DNA of 64,000 nucleotides from the human T2T-CHM13v2.0 reference genome, Homo sapiens. The stretch is from assembly GCF_009914755.1 (NCBI RefSeq), contig NC_060930.1, one strand, 5' to 3'. Shown here piece after piece: positions 12,336-25,296 of the stretch (positions are counted from its first letter, which is position 1; each line of letters opens with the position of its first letter). The notes beneath the pieces were generated by a model, which was given only the letters and a program-made list of their open reading frames with translations, was not told the DNA's origin and made no database searches. Both the position numbers and the translations under genes were made by a program.

Positions 12336-13793
12336 AACATAATGAGATATCACTACCTATCCATTACATAACTAAATTTTAAAAGACGGAAGGAACCAAA
12401 TATCAGTGAGGATATAAAGCAACTAGAACTCTCATACACAGTTCATGGGAATATAAAATGGTACTTTGAAAACAGTTTAACCGTTTCTTGTAAAGTTAAA
12501 CTTACATATAATTTCTCGTACATAAAACTTACTTGGATTTCTTGGTGTTTCTGAAAAGAAACCTAGCCTCCCGAAACATAGAAACAGAAACTTACATGGT
12601 AGAAAGTTAAGATAGTTTGCTTTGACTTCCCCTAGAAACATTTTTTACATACTGTAAGGATTAGATTTATTTGTTCCCCTTATGACAGAGATAATTTGTC
12701 TGATTCAAAAAGATAAAGACATATCTTCCTTAAAGTCAAATGTTTACATCCAGGGATAGGCCCCTAGCTTAACTGTTAGCACACCACAGAGACTGGTAAG
12801 TAATCTTCCTAGATATTTGTATTTCAAGAAGGAATTTGGCTTCAGACATTGAACACATTTCTAGTTCTTAAAAGTTAAGATGTTTTGGTCTATCTGGCCC
12901 TAAGAGAGATTGCATTTACATACTAAAGCATTGCAGTAATGAGAAGACTTTTGCAGAGACCAGAGGGATAACTTCTCCCGTGTAAACAGAGAAAAGTCAT
13001 TTTATTCTTATTCCATACCTATGAAGCATCTAGCCATTTGTGTAGGAAAAATTTCCATGGGCTCTTATTGTGTTGCCTCAGGGATAAGCCTATAGAAAGG
13101 CAAGGAAGGACAATATACTTATTAATCACTGTGAAGAAATTAATAAGAGATGTTTTTCTGATTCAGAACACTTTGTGTGCCCATTGAGGATGAAATTAAT
13201 AAAGATGAGTATTAAAAACCCAATAATCATATAACTCAAGAATTCTATTCATAGCTGCTTTTCCAAAATAAATGAAAACTTGTGTTCTACAAGGACTTCT
13301 GAATAAATGTTCACAGCAGCTATGTTCAAAATGGCCCAAAACTTCTAACAAACCAAATGACAACACAGGTGAATGTATAAGCAAATTATGGTATATCTGT
13401 ATGATGGAATACCCAGAAATAAAAAGGAATAAATCAGTGATATACACAATGGTATGGATAGATATCATGAACATTGAGCTGAGCAGAAGACAGATCCTAT
13501 AGAGTATGTTCTGGGTAACTACTTTTATGTAAAGCTTTTTTTTTTTTTTAAATCTAATCTGCAGAAATCTAATCTGAGAAACAGATCAGCAATTACCTGG
13601 AATTAGGAGTGGAAGGTGAGGATTTACTGGGAAGAGGAACAAGAAAACATATAGGGTGAAGGAAGTTTTTGATATCTTTACTCTTTTGGTGGTTACATGG
13701 ACATATACATGGGGCAAAATTCATTGAAGTGTACATGTAAAATGGAAACATGTATTGCATGTAAATTCTACCTCAATATAGTTGACTTTAAAA
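12336..13793 (+). mobile_element. L1ME-type 3' fragment, split by an LTR-like insert at 12513-13222
   Basis: aatgagatatcactacc..gcaactagaactctcataca..actttgaaaacagttt, resuming catataactcaagaattc..aatgttcacagcagct..ggtggttacatgg..taaattctacctcaat. Confidence 0.75.
12513..13222. mobile_element. ~710-bp LTR-like insertion, family not identified
   Basis: Interrupts a collinear L1ME. Candidate TSD ataat at 12508-12512 and 13223-13227. Ends in CA, with AATAAA near the 3' end. Confidence 0.5.
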
Positions 13794-13889
13794 TTCTGTA
13801 AGGGTTGTCATAGGGTAGACGTGTGCTAAGGTCCTTACTATTCTGGAAGAAAGTTATTGCTTCACAGTAGCTTTTATTTGGTTTTGATT

Positions 13890-14845
13890 AATAGATTTTA
13901 TTTTTAGAGCAGTTTTAAATTTACAGAAAAATTGAATAGAAAGTACGGAGTTCTCCTTACACCTTCTCCACAATTTTCCTAATTATTAATATCTCTAATT
14001 AGCAGGCATTTGTATAATCAATGAACAAATGTTGATCCATTATATTAACTAAAGGTCATAGTTTGCATGAGAGTTTCACTCTTTGTGTTGTACAGTTCGA
14101 GGGGTTTTGATAAACATACAATGTCATGTGTCTATGGTTACAGTAGTATAGGGGATAGTTTCACTACCCTAAAATTTACCTGTACTCTGCTAATGTTTTC
14201 CTCTGTCCCTTCCTGCAAATCCCTGGCAACCACAGGTCTCTAAAATTTTGCCTTCTCCAGAATGTCACAAAGTTGGAGTTATACAGCAGGTACTTTTCAG
14301 ATTGGCTTCTTCTATTTAAAAATATGCATTAGAAGTTTCTCCATGTATCTTCTTGACTTTATAGCTTATTAACTGATTTCTTTTTAGTGCTAAACTATAT
14401 TCCATTGCATTGGTGTGCCACTTTTTTTTATTCACTCACCTGTTGAAAGATATCCTGATGGCTTCAAATTTTGACAATTATGAATGAAACTGCTATTCCC
14501 TGTTATGTGCGAATTTTTGTGAAGACATAATATGCAATTCATTTGGGTTAATACTGAGGAGAACGATTGCTTGATTATATAATAAAAGTATGTTTAGTTT
14601 TGTAAGAAACTGCAAACTGTTTTCCAAAGTAGCTGTGCCATTTTTCAATCCCACTAGCAATGAAGGAGATATCCTGTTGCTTCACATCTTCAGCAGCATT
14701 TGGTCTTTTGAGTGTTTTGAATTTTGGCCATTCTAATAGGTAGGTAGTGATATCTCATTGTTTTAATTTTAAATTTTCTAATGACAATGATGTTGAGTAT
14801 CTTCACGTGCTTATTTACCCCATATGCCTTCTTTGGTACGGTGAC
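13890..14845 (-). mobile_element. L1MC1/2-like 3' fragment
   Basis: ttttagagcagttttaaatttacagaaaaattga..tcactctttgtgttgtacag..agtttcactaccctaaaa..aagaaactgc..ttccaaagt. Confidence 0.8.
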
Positions 14846-15346
14846 TGAGCAATAGCTTTTTTATCACTTGATGTCAGAAGTTATAAGTTCTAGGCTAACC
14901 AATAAAATAACTAAAATAGAGTATATAACTGATAGAAAAGAAGAGGAATGATTAAATAGTATACACTTAATTCAAAATATTACAACAAAAAAGAGTAAAA
15001 GGAAAAAAGAGTACAGAAGCAAATAGAAAAAGCAGACTAATTTTTGAAACTTAAATTCAAAGATTATCAATAAGTTCAACAAATATGAAGTTATTAACTA
15101 ATCCAATTAAAAGGCAAAAGAAAGCAGAACAAATGCCAATGATATTATTTCAGCAAGAGACACTATAAAATATAAGATTAGCAATAACATTAAAGTAGAT
15201 GATGGAGGAAGATATGTAAGTAAATACTAATCTAAATAAACCGATTGTAATTATACTTAAAATCACAAATCATTATTGATTAAAAAAACCCTTTGTAATA
15301 AGATTTTTTGCAGTCTATCAGGGAGAAATATAGACTTATAAACTCC

Positions 15347-15638
15347 TTTTTTGTTTTCAGATGGGCTCTTGCTCTGTTGCCCAGATTGAAGTCAGTGGCA
15401 TGACCACGGTTGACTGCAGTTTTGACCTCCCAGCCTCAAGTGATCCTCCCACCTTATCCTCCCAAGTAGCTGGAACTACAGGCGTGTGCAATCGCGCCTG
15501 GCTAATTTTTTGACTTTTTGTAGAGATGGAGTCTTGCTATTTTGCCAGACTTGGTCATGAACTCCTGGGGTCAAGTGATCCTCCCAGCTTGGCCTCCCAA
15601 AGTGCTGGGATTACAGCCATTAGCCACTGTTCCTGGCT
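15347..15638 (-). mobile_element. AluJ
   Basis: J-type features: gactgcag..tgacctcccagcctcaagtgatcctccc, ttttgtagagatg, gaactcctggggtcaagtgatcctccc. Confidence 0.9.
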
Positions 15639-16019
15639 CATATACTCTTAATAACATAACCTCAAACTAGATAAAGCACAAGCTGAAGGACCTAAAAAGA
15701 GAACAAGTTTGCTACAATAATGGAAAAATTAAGAAAAATACCGTGGGAACTGAAAAACATAAAAAATCAGAAAGGTTATAGAATGTTAGAAGCAACAATT
15801 AGTAGTGTTACTAATTTATCCCAATTGATAAATTCTTAAAACAGAAACAAAACAAAGATGCCTATTACTTAGTGATATACACAATGATATGGACAGATAT
15901 CATGAGCTGAGCTGAGCAGAAGACAGACAAACTATGCTTGTTCAGTATTATACCGAGAATATTAGACATTCTAATAAATCAACAACAATACATATAGGGA
16001 ATAAAAGATGAAAATAAAG

Positions 16020-16710
16020 GTAGTTTGTCTAACAAAACACCATAAACTAGCTGGCTTGTAAACAACAGAAATGTACTTCTTTTTTGTTTGTTTGTTTTTC
16101 ACGAGATGGGGTCTGGCTCTGTCACCCAGGCTGGAGTGCAGTGGGTGCCATCTCGGCTCAGTGCAACCTCCACCTCCTGGGTCCAAGCAATTCTCCTCCC
16201 TCAGCCTCCTGAGTAGCTTGGATTACAGATGTGCACCACCATGCCTGGCTAATTTGTGTGTGTGTGTGTGTGTGTGTGTGTATTTTTAGTAGAGATGGGG
16301 TTTCACCATGTTGGCCAGGCTGGTCTCAAATTCCTGACCTCAGGTGATCCCCCCACCTCAACCTCCCAAAGTGCTGGGATTACAGGCGAGAGCCACTGCA
16401 CCTGGCAGAAATTTACTTCTTAACAGATCTGGAGGCTAAGAAGTCCAAGCTCAAGGCACCAGTGGATTCAGTGTCTGCTGAGGGCCTAGTTTCTCATACA
16501 TGGTGACTTTGCTCACATGTCCTCTTATGGTGGTAGGGATGAGGGCCTCTCTGGGTCTTCTTTCATTAAAAACGTTAATCTCACTCAGGAGTATTCTGGC
16601 CTCATAGTCTAATCACTGCCCCAAAGCCCTACATTCTACTACCATCACCTTGGGGATTAGAATTTCAACATATGAATTTTGAGGTAACAAAAACATTTAG
16701 ACCATAATGC
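16020..16710 (-). mobile_element. MLT1A-like MaLR LTR, split by AluS
   Basis: aacaaaacaccataaactag.tggctt.taaacaacagaaat...tctggaggct.agaagtccaag.tcaaggcacc...ccatcaccttggggattagaatttcaacatatgaatttt. Confidence 0.8.
16082..16406 (-). mobile_element. AluS (Sx-like) with (TG)n in the middle A-rich linker
   Basis: cctgacctcaggtgatcc. TSD agaaatgtacttctt (16067-16081) / agaaatttacttctt (16407-16421). (TG)n at ~16256-16281. Confidence 0.92.
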
Positions 16711-16754
<44 letters not shown>

Positions 16755-16785
16755 TGAAGAAACAGTTTTGTGTGTGTGTGTGTGT
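16711..16785. repeat. Compound (TA)n(TG)n microsatellite
   Basis: Directly visible: two TG tracts. Confidence 0.9.
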
Positions 16786-17269
16786 TTATGTACGTGAATT
16801 CTCTCCAAGGCCTTTGTAGAGTCAATATAAATCCAGTTAAAATTCTAACAAATAGGTATATGTGATGGTCATTCTTATAAAGCTGCTTTAAAAGTTAAGA
16901 AATGTAAACCTCCAAGAACTGCTGACAGACTCAAAGGAGAAGAAAATGGAAAAAGTTTACTCTAGTGGGTGCCAATATTTACTAAATATCTATAATAATT
17001 AAGATGGTTTATACAGGTACAGGAATAGACAAATACATGAATGGAATAGAATATAAAAAGATATAAGAACACAAAATGAGACTGAATATGAATGGGGAGA
17101 AAGACACTGCTTTCAATAAATGTTGCTGGGAAGAAAATGGCTACTAATGTGGAAAAAAAATGGCTACATATTGGAAAAAAAAAAGACCAAGTCCTTTACT
17201 ATACATCACACACAAAATCACAGATGAAGTACAGATTCAAATGTAAAAGACAAAGCAATCAGTGGTATA

Positions 17270-17795
17270 TGTGATGGTTAATATTAAGTGTCGACCTGAT
17301 TGGATTGAAGGATGCAAAGTATTGTTGCTGGGTGTGTCTGTGAGGGTGTTGCCAAAGGAGATAAATATTGGAGTCAGTGGACTGGGAGAGGCAGACCCAC
17401 CCTCAGTGTGGGTGGGCACCCTCGAATCAACCGCCAGTGCGGCTAGGTTAAAGCCGACTTGCCGAGTCTTCCGATCATCATCTTTCTCTTGTGCTGGATG
17501 CTTCCTGACCCTGAATATGGAACTCCAAGTTCTTCAGCTTCTGGACCCTTGGACATACACCAGTGATTTGCCAGGGGCTCTCAGGCCTTCAACCACAGAC
17601 TGAAGGCTGCGCTGTCAGCTTCCTTCCCTACTTTTGAGGTTTTGGGACTCGAGCTGGCTTTCTTGCTTCACAACTTGCAGACAGCTTATTGTGGGACTTC
17701 ACTTTGTGATCATGTGAATGAATACTCCTTAATAAATTCCCTTTCATATATACATCTGTCCTATTAGTTTTGCCCCTCTAAAGAACCCTAATATA
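17270..17795 (+). mobile_element. MLT2A (ERVL) solo LTR
   Basis: Canonical 5' end tgtgatggttaatattaagtgtcgacctgattggattgaaggatgcaaagtattg. 3' end cctattagtt..cctcta.agaaccct. TSD gtata/atata. Confidence 0.92.
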
Positions 17796-18222
17796 ATATA
17801 CACATTAAAATAAGACCAAATGTTAATGAACACATAGTAAGGATTTATTAAACAACACACAAAAAGAAAGCTATATATGTAGTCTCTACATATATATGTA
17901 TGTCCACCCTGTATGTATATATATACACACAGAAAAAAAATCATGTATTTGTATAGAGGATAAAATTTACAATATTTTTAAATGGCTGCATTGTTTGAAA
18001 GAGTCAAAACTGAAAAAAGTGAAAAAGCATGGCATATTCAAATATACATTAACATACAGTCACTAAAATGAAAAACAGGCAAGATGTCTAATATATTTTT
18101 CAATGATAACATTGAGCAAAAGAAGCCAATCTACATAAATGTGCACACTTAATTTTTAACAGAGGATAATCATTTAATAAAACTATAAAGAGATACAAGA
18201 AAATAATGATAACACAAACCTT

Positions 18223-18630
18223 TGTAATAAAGCCCGATTCCATTTTTCAGGTTTGATTGCTGACAGCATTGAAACTCCCGCCTCTCTGTCTTTCCATCTT
18301 GCCCTGTATCTGAGCAAGCCTATAATAAAGTTCACGTGCTCACTCCCTTAGTGCCAGGGAAGTTCCAACCACACAAGGCTGAAGCTCTGTACAGTGTGAG
18401 GACCCTCATCCTAGCCCCATCACCTAACTACAGTAAAAGACAAAGCAGTCACTTGTCCTTTCTCTCTCTAACTTTGCAGACCTGTTTGAGAGCCTCCTCT
18501 GCTCTCCCAGGAAAGCCTCACTATGAGTAATAAACTCCTCTTTTTGCCATATGGGATCGTCAGTCTCAAAATCTGAACCATATGTTCGTTGGAGGTTTGC
18601 TCCTACTGCACACCCTTACCTGGTGTAGCC
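18223..18630 (+). mobile_element. ERV solo LTR (probably ERV1 class, family not determined)
   Basis: TG start with the gattccattttt motif. 3' motif ctgctctccc..gaaagcctcactatgagtaataaact. Interrupts an L1ME 3' end. Confidence 0.65.
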
Positions 18631-20528
18631 CCCAAATTGCCTTTATAATGGTTGTCTCTGGGAGCTGGGGAGGAGAATGCTATCAGGCAAGAGCACACTG
18701 GACTCTAATTGGGGTACATGAATGCTTCCTTTCCAACATTGATAAAATTTGCATTTATGCTTTATATTGTTATATGTATGTTTTATTCTTCACAATTAAT
18801 ACAAGAAAGAGAATGCAAAGGGATAACAAACACGACAACTGAGATAGTTGTTACTCATCACAGCAAGGCAGATGGCTACCACTGAAGAAAGGGACACACA
18901 AGTCTTTGAAATTACATTTCACGAGCTTGCTGGTAGGTCCACTGGTGTATGATGACGATGAAAATGATTATGATTATTAGAAGAATACATGAGTATTATG
19001 TATGGTATTAAATATTTTAGAACAAAACTTTGTTTTTAAGAATGAAGCAAGTTGCTTTGTTACAAAGCATAAAAAGCTTATAAGGAAGTAACTGGGGATT
19101 TTGGGGAGTAAAATTGAAGGTACAATTTGGACCCCATAATAACATTTGTGATTTTACACTTTTTTCTATATACTACAGAAGAAATAATATTTTGAATGAA
19201 AGCTGCACATCATTTTTGCTATCATTTCTAACAGAATAAACATGTTTAGTATGCTCATTTATTACTACCACAGAGAAAGGGACAACTAGTTATCTCAAGT
19301 TCTAGGAGTGTGAGACGGGAATGCTCATTTTCCAGGATGAGGTTATAATTTGACACTGAGGAAAGCTGAGTTTGACACTGAGAAATCTTATCTCTAATCA
19401 GAGATATCCAAAGAGTAAGTAATATAATTAGAATTAGATTATGAAAAATGTTTATTCATAAGCTTCTGGTTTGTGAACTTTTCTTTTGGTTCTGTGTTAT
19501 GTAAGAGCCAGACAGAAACACAATGCTTTTTGTTCCCTCATAGTAGTCTTTATCTCTTTATCCCCTGTATTACATTTCTATTTCATTTGGTAAAACTTTT
19601 ATTTGAATTATTGTTTCTATTTTAGTAAAAGAAAAAGGTAATGTAACAAAAATTATGATTGGTGTTCAAATTTTAGATTCAATTTTACTCTCATAATTTA
19701 AATTCTCCTGTGTGCTTCTTTATTAGTTTGCACATTTGAAAATGTGAAAGCTTTCCAGACTATGTTTTACTGTAAGAATATCTTTTAGAAACAATGTATG
19801 CTTTCATAATTCCTTTCAGAGAGAACGAAATATAAATACATAAATCATAGAAACTAAACTTATACAGGCTACATGTAAAGAGCCAAATCAAAAAATTGTG
19901 TCACGATAATATTCCAAGCAATTAATTTGTGTTTTTTTCTTGATATTTAACCACCCCCCTCCCCATTAAGTTAGTTGAAAGTAGAAGTTTCCAGAGGACA
20001 ACCCCCCTTCTGGCTTTTGTTTTAGATACGTGAGATTTATGGGGCAGAGTTGGCTAAGGAAAAGACATACAGGTAGATTAGTGACTTTGGTGTTGGGGTT
20101 TTAAAGCAGTAATTGAGATTTCCACAAAACCAGCAAGGAAGTTTTGGTTTCAAATTAAATAAAGACTGTGATCCATGCTCCATTCCCTTCCTGATCACTG
20201 GAATTGGAGACAAGATTTCGGACGAGAATGATTAGATAACACTATCAAATAGGAAGACAGGCTCTTGGGCACCAAGACTTCCAATCAGGGAAAAGATTAC
20301 AAAGGCTAAGCCTTTCCTGCCTTCCTGGGCCAATCTGAGTTAGGTTAACATGCCTATTTGCAGTTACCCACCTGGGCCAAAGACAAAGCCTCCTGGAATG
20401 CCCTCCTTTGATTTGGAGACTTGCCCACTCAGTACATCAAACTCTTGGGTAGTGTGGGACATTCCTGCCAAACTAATGGGAAAATAGAGTCTTTAATTCA
20501 AGTTGAATACTATTTTTGAAATATAACG

Positions 20529-20825
20529 GGCCAGGCACAGTGGCTTACTCCTGTAATCTCAACACTTTGGGAGGTAGAGTAGGGAAGATTACTTGAGGCC
20601 AGGGGTTCAAACTAGCCTGGACAACAAAGAGAGACCCTGTCTCTACAAAAAAATTAAAAATAAGCCAAGCATGCTAACACAAGTTATAGTCCCAGCTACT
20701 TGGAAGGCTGAGACAGGAGGATCCCTTGAACCCCGGAGCTTGAGGTTGAAGTGAGCTGCTCATACCTGGGGATAGAGTGAGACCCTGTCTCGAAAGAAAT
20801 AAGAGAGAGAGAGAAAGAAAGAAAA
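20529..20825 (+). mobile_element. AluJ with right-arm deletion and (GA)-rich tail
   Basis: ggccaggcacagtggcttac..gattacttgaggccagg..ccctgtctctacaaaaaa..gatagagtgagaccctgtctc. Confidence 0.9.
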
Positions 20826-22565
20826 TTTAACACTTCTTGCACACGTGAGTATGTGCACCTAGAATTATGTGTGTATACTTAGAATTATGTTTATTTTGCT
20901 GAATCACGGTCTTCTATTTGGTCTTCTAATAAGTATTTCATTTTTTTTCAAAGATGTTATATATTCATTTGTCTTCTCCTAATTTTATTTAAATAAAGCA
21001 AGACTCACTTGATATTCATATAACATTACAAAAAAAAAAGCTTGTTAGAAACAGTAAATTGGCATCATGGATAGAATTGTTGCACTATTTTTTTCATGTC
21101 TTTTATTAAACTCAGTGAATTCAGTCTGTTTCAGACACTGCCTGCAGCTTTTTGGAAAAAAAGACACATGTTTTCATGCATTTTATATAATTTACATTCA
21201 GCAAAGATTTAAAAAGTAATTGAGTACAGGTTCATGAAGAAGTTTATATATATAACAAAGAGTAGACAAGGAAAGTGGTTCCTGCTAGTAATTTAGAGAA
21301 AATCATGTGAATTATGCTTTTAGAACAAAATTTAATGAAATTGTGCTAAGATATGGTTTATCTAAAGTATTCTGCATAATTTTAAGCCCATGAATACATA
21401 AACACAATTATGATTCCAAGTTAAAATGTTCTAGTGTCAAACTTGGTACTGCTGCCAAAATATTAACAGAAAACAGAATATTTGGCGCATAGAACCTATC
21501 GGTATTTTTGAATAATGCTAAAAATTATGGGAAATAGACAATATTTTTCATCATGTAGTAATGTTGGTATTCAGTTTTTGAAATAACAGAAATATGAAAT
21601 GAAAATGAGTTATCATAAGCTTTCTCTGCTGAAGTTTTAGTGAAAATTATACTGAAAGAATTCTCCATATTATAAATACTCCAGAAGCCTCAGCTTTTAA
21701 CACACCAATGAACTCAGAACTGAAATGTCTGGCACAAAGACCTTGACTTTTAGAAGAGTCCTTAGTTTATGAATTTTACTGACTTACATTTAAAACATCG
21801 ACCTCATACTTCCTTTTCTTTTTCAGGATTGAGTTTATAATTACAGCAGATGAAACAACTTAGAAAAGTAGAGGTAGCTGGCTTTTTGCTAGAAGCATGC
21901 ATTCTAACAATAGCCAGCAATGAAGAGTCATAACTGAAAAACAGACATGAAGGATGAGAACAAAGAAAAAGCACTGATACAGAATTACAAATGCACAGCA
22001 ACATTTGTAATTTAAAGTTTAAGGAAATAATTTCACACTCTGCAGTAGCATACATTAACATCTTACCTTGTAATCAATCAGAAATAAATTACCTTAATAA
22101 CTCTAACTCATCATGTAGAAAATTTTAGAAAAATTTGACATTTCCAGGAAAATTACACATAAATCTCCAAATTTGAATTAAATAGCTTACATACTCCTCT
22201 AATTCTTGAGAACCATATATTTTTTGAGTCAAATGTGCTATGAGAATCTAAATATATGGGGATGTTGTTTTTGACTTGCATTCAGTTCTTATGTCTCTCA
22301 TGATAGGAACTAAGAAAGGTTCCTATATGTTTCGTGTTCAATGCTTTTTACTTTTGTTTTGGCATTTAAAGATCAAGAAGAAATAACAAAACTTGACAAA
22401 AAGAATGATGCTGGAGAATGGTCTAGGCTCATTCACTACACCATTTATTCACTTTCATTAAAATACATTTTGTCATTAAATATATATGTCTTTTATGGAA
22501 CATTATTTAAAATATCAGGAATATATGGACACTTCTGTCAATTTTGAAGGATGTTTAACAAGTCA

Positions 22566-23151
22566 TGTGGTAAACTGAATGCCTTCCCCCAACTGTCCTC
22601 ACCATGATCCCTTGAATCTGTGAATATATTAGGTTATATGACAAAAGGGATGTGCAAATATAATTAAGTTTATGAACCTTAAATAGGGAGATTATCCTGG
22701 ATTGCTCTGTGGGCACCATATAACCACATAAGCCCTAAAAAGGAGAGAACATTCCCTGGCTGTTATAAGAGAGGAACGGCATTAGAATTCAGAGAGATTC
22801 AAACCACGAGAAAGACTTGCTGGTTTGAAGATGCAGGGACAGCATGATGAAGAACACAAGTGGCATTAATTTGCTGACAAAGGCTCCTGGTGGACAGCAG
22901 GACCTCAGCCCTGCAACTCCAAGAAAATGAATACTGCCAACAACCTAAGGAGCTTGGAAGCAGACTCTCCCAGAGCCTTTAGGTAAGAGCCCCGCCCAGC
23001 TGACACTGATTTTGGCCTTGTGAGACCCAAAACAGAGAAACTAGCTGAACGCATCTCAACTTCTGACCTACAGAGCTATGAGAAAAATGAATGTCGATTG
23101 TCTTAAGTCACTAAATGTGTGGTAATCTGTCATAGCAGCAGAACAAATATA
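22566..23151 (+). mobile_element. MLT1E-like MaLR solo LTR
   Basis: tgtggtaaactgaat..ccttaaatagggagattatcctggatt..gccaacaacct..gagcttggaagcaga..cttctgacctacaga. TSD agtca (22561-22565) / agcca (23152-23156). Confidence 0.85.
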
Positions 23152-24809
23152 AGCCATTACACATTTACATTTTTTTAAAAGACAGTCACATTTCAATGAT
23201 GTGGTTATTTGAACTGTCTGGAATACTCAATAATGCCAGAAAAATTACTTGTTCTTCAGACTGTGGTACCCAAGGTATATAGTTTTTCACCGTGACTCTG
23301 TATTGATTCTGTTTCTACAAATGAGAACAGAAATATTCACCATAAAAAAATCTCATAAAGAAACTCAATTGACAGATAAAAAGGAAAGAAAGACAATCAT
23401 AAGTTAATTTTACTCAGCATGCTATGAGGTTAATGTCTAGAGGCCTTATAATGATATAACTCCATATCAATACTATCAGTAGTAGTTACAGACATTATAA
23501 TCAAATGATATCAGATAGAAGAAAATAGTTTAGTTAAAAGATATTTGAAAATAATGGGAAATGGGAATCCAGAAGAACTAAATATTAAAAGAAATCTATT
23601 GACAAAATCATTCTATTTTAGAATACATGTGGCTAAAATGTATATATGTCCTGAATTTCCAAAGATAGGTGTTTATTTATCTGTCTCTTTCTGCTCCTCA
23701 CAAACACATGCAACACACAATCCACTCCATTTGTATTTTATTTTGCTTCAGAATTGTGTCAAAAAAAACTTTACACATACATGGAAAAAATAGGCATTTA
23801 AACTGAAATTGATAAATCAGTTTATTTCCTGCAGAAAAAATATCATAGATCATGAATTAAGACAATTTTTCTTTTCATTTCCTTTCTCATTCTATTCTAG
23901 AAGAGGTTTAAAGAAAATACTGGGTAAGTTATATCATCTATTGAATATTTTAGATCCTTCAGTCCTATCCATGTATATTAAAGTAGGGGATTGCACTGTG
24001 TGTATTGTGTGAGTGTTTCCATGTTCTTTTCTCATGTAGTTGATCACCACAAGTCAAGGACTGTGCTCTTTTCATTCTGCTAGGTTTTATGCTCATAACA
24101 GTATTGTATAATAGGTGTTACAGCCCTCTTTGCTTCAGATAAAAGTTTTGTAAAATTTAGAAATTTGTCAAAGACCCTTAATTAATCAGCGGTGGAACTC
24201 ATATTTGAATCCAGAATCATCTTATTTCAGAATATATGCCTTTTCATCTATGAGTAGGTATAAGTCTCATAGGAGAGTCTTAAATAAGCAAATTAAATTA
24301 TCCTTTTCCAATAAAATGCTAAAGTTTTTATAGTAAAGCAAGCTGTTTTATGCAATCAATTCTAATCAACTGATTAGCAAAGTATAGAGAAAATATTACC
24401 TGGTGTCATTTATGGTAAACAAATTATGATGCATTTCCTAAAATCCTGAAAAATAAAATAATCTCATTAGTGTGTTTAAGGCATTTTAAATCCCAGTGAT
24501 ATAAATCCATTTTGTATAATTTCAATTAAGACATTACAAGTTCTCAATAAACATTAATGAGTGTACATAACAAATATTCTCATCAATTCAGTTTATTACT
24601 TTTATATGTATTAAGATAAAAGGGTAAACACTTATTCTTAATGAACTTAATGAACCTTTTAAAAAATCTGTGTAGATTTCTTATGTGTGTGTAAAACCTT
24701 ATGAACCAGTTGTTGATATGCTAGAAATAAAATATAATTAAGAAATGAATTATATTAATATATAAAATATTTCCACATCTAGAGTTAGCAGTGTAACTTA
24801 AAATTTGTT

Positions 24810-25125
24810 TTTCCAACAAAAGGGACCAGCAAAAAGCTTACAGCAAAACAAGATAGTAGGGCGTCCTGGAAGTCAAGAGAAAAATAGATCAAAGAGTGAG
24901 ATGTGGTCAATATTTCAAATGTCATCAACATAGTGAATAATATAAAGACCAAGGAAGAGCCATTGTATTGCGCTACATGGAGCTCATTGGTGACTCTGAC
25001 AGTTTCAGTTGTAGGGTAGATTTGAAAACCATAATAGAGAAAAGTTACGAGAGAATGGGCAAAGGAAGATGAATAGGATATAGTTAAGTACAGGCAAGAC
25101 CTTGGAATTTTTCTTGTAAGATACT
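24810..25125 (-). mobile_element. L2 fragment
   Basis: gtcctggaagtcaagaga..tggtcaa..tcaaatg..catggag.tcattggtgactctgacagtttcagt. Confidence 0.6.
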
Positions 25126-25296
25126 GCAGAATAATTGGTCAGTGTATGGAAAAGGCAGGATGAAGGAACTTTGTTTTACTAAATAAATTAATAATTTAAA
25201 ATGTATTAGAAAAATACTACGTTAAAAGCTATGTTGATTTTTAATTTTTATATTGTTTATATTTTTAGTAAAATATTTCCAATTTTATGTACTTTA

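Larger units (their letters stand above)
14880..19030 (+). mobile_element. Fragmented ancient L1M (inter-ORF/ORF2/3'UTR) hosting AluJ, MLT1A, AluS, MLT2A and an ERV LTR
   Basis: ORF2 remnants tccaattaaaaggcaaa, caaagatgcctatta, aggaatagacaaatacatgaatggaatagaata, ttcaataaatgttgctggga. L1ME 3' motifs near 18180 and 18650. Confidence 0.55.

Noticed and set aside
17262-17603. 113-aa ORF, and similar ORFs at 25840-26372
   Set aside because: These lie within the MLT2A LTR and THE1-internal sequence; they are common repeat-derived translations.
19349-19385. Short 11-14-bp tandem duplications (also ~1990, 13551, 47803, 47932, 62440)
   Set aside because: These are ordinary slippage duplications expected at this frequency.
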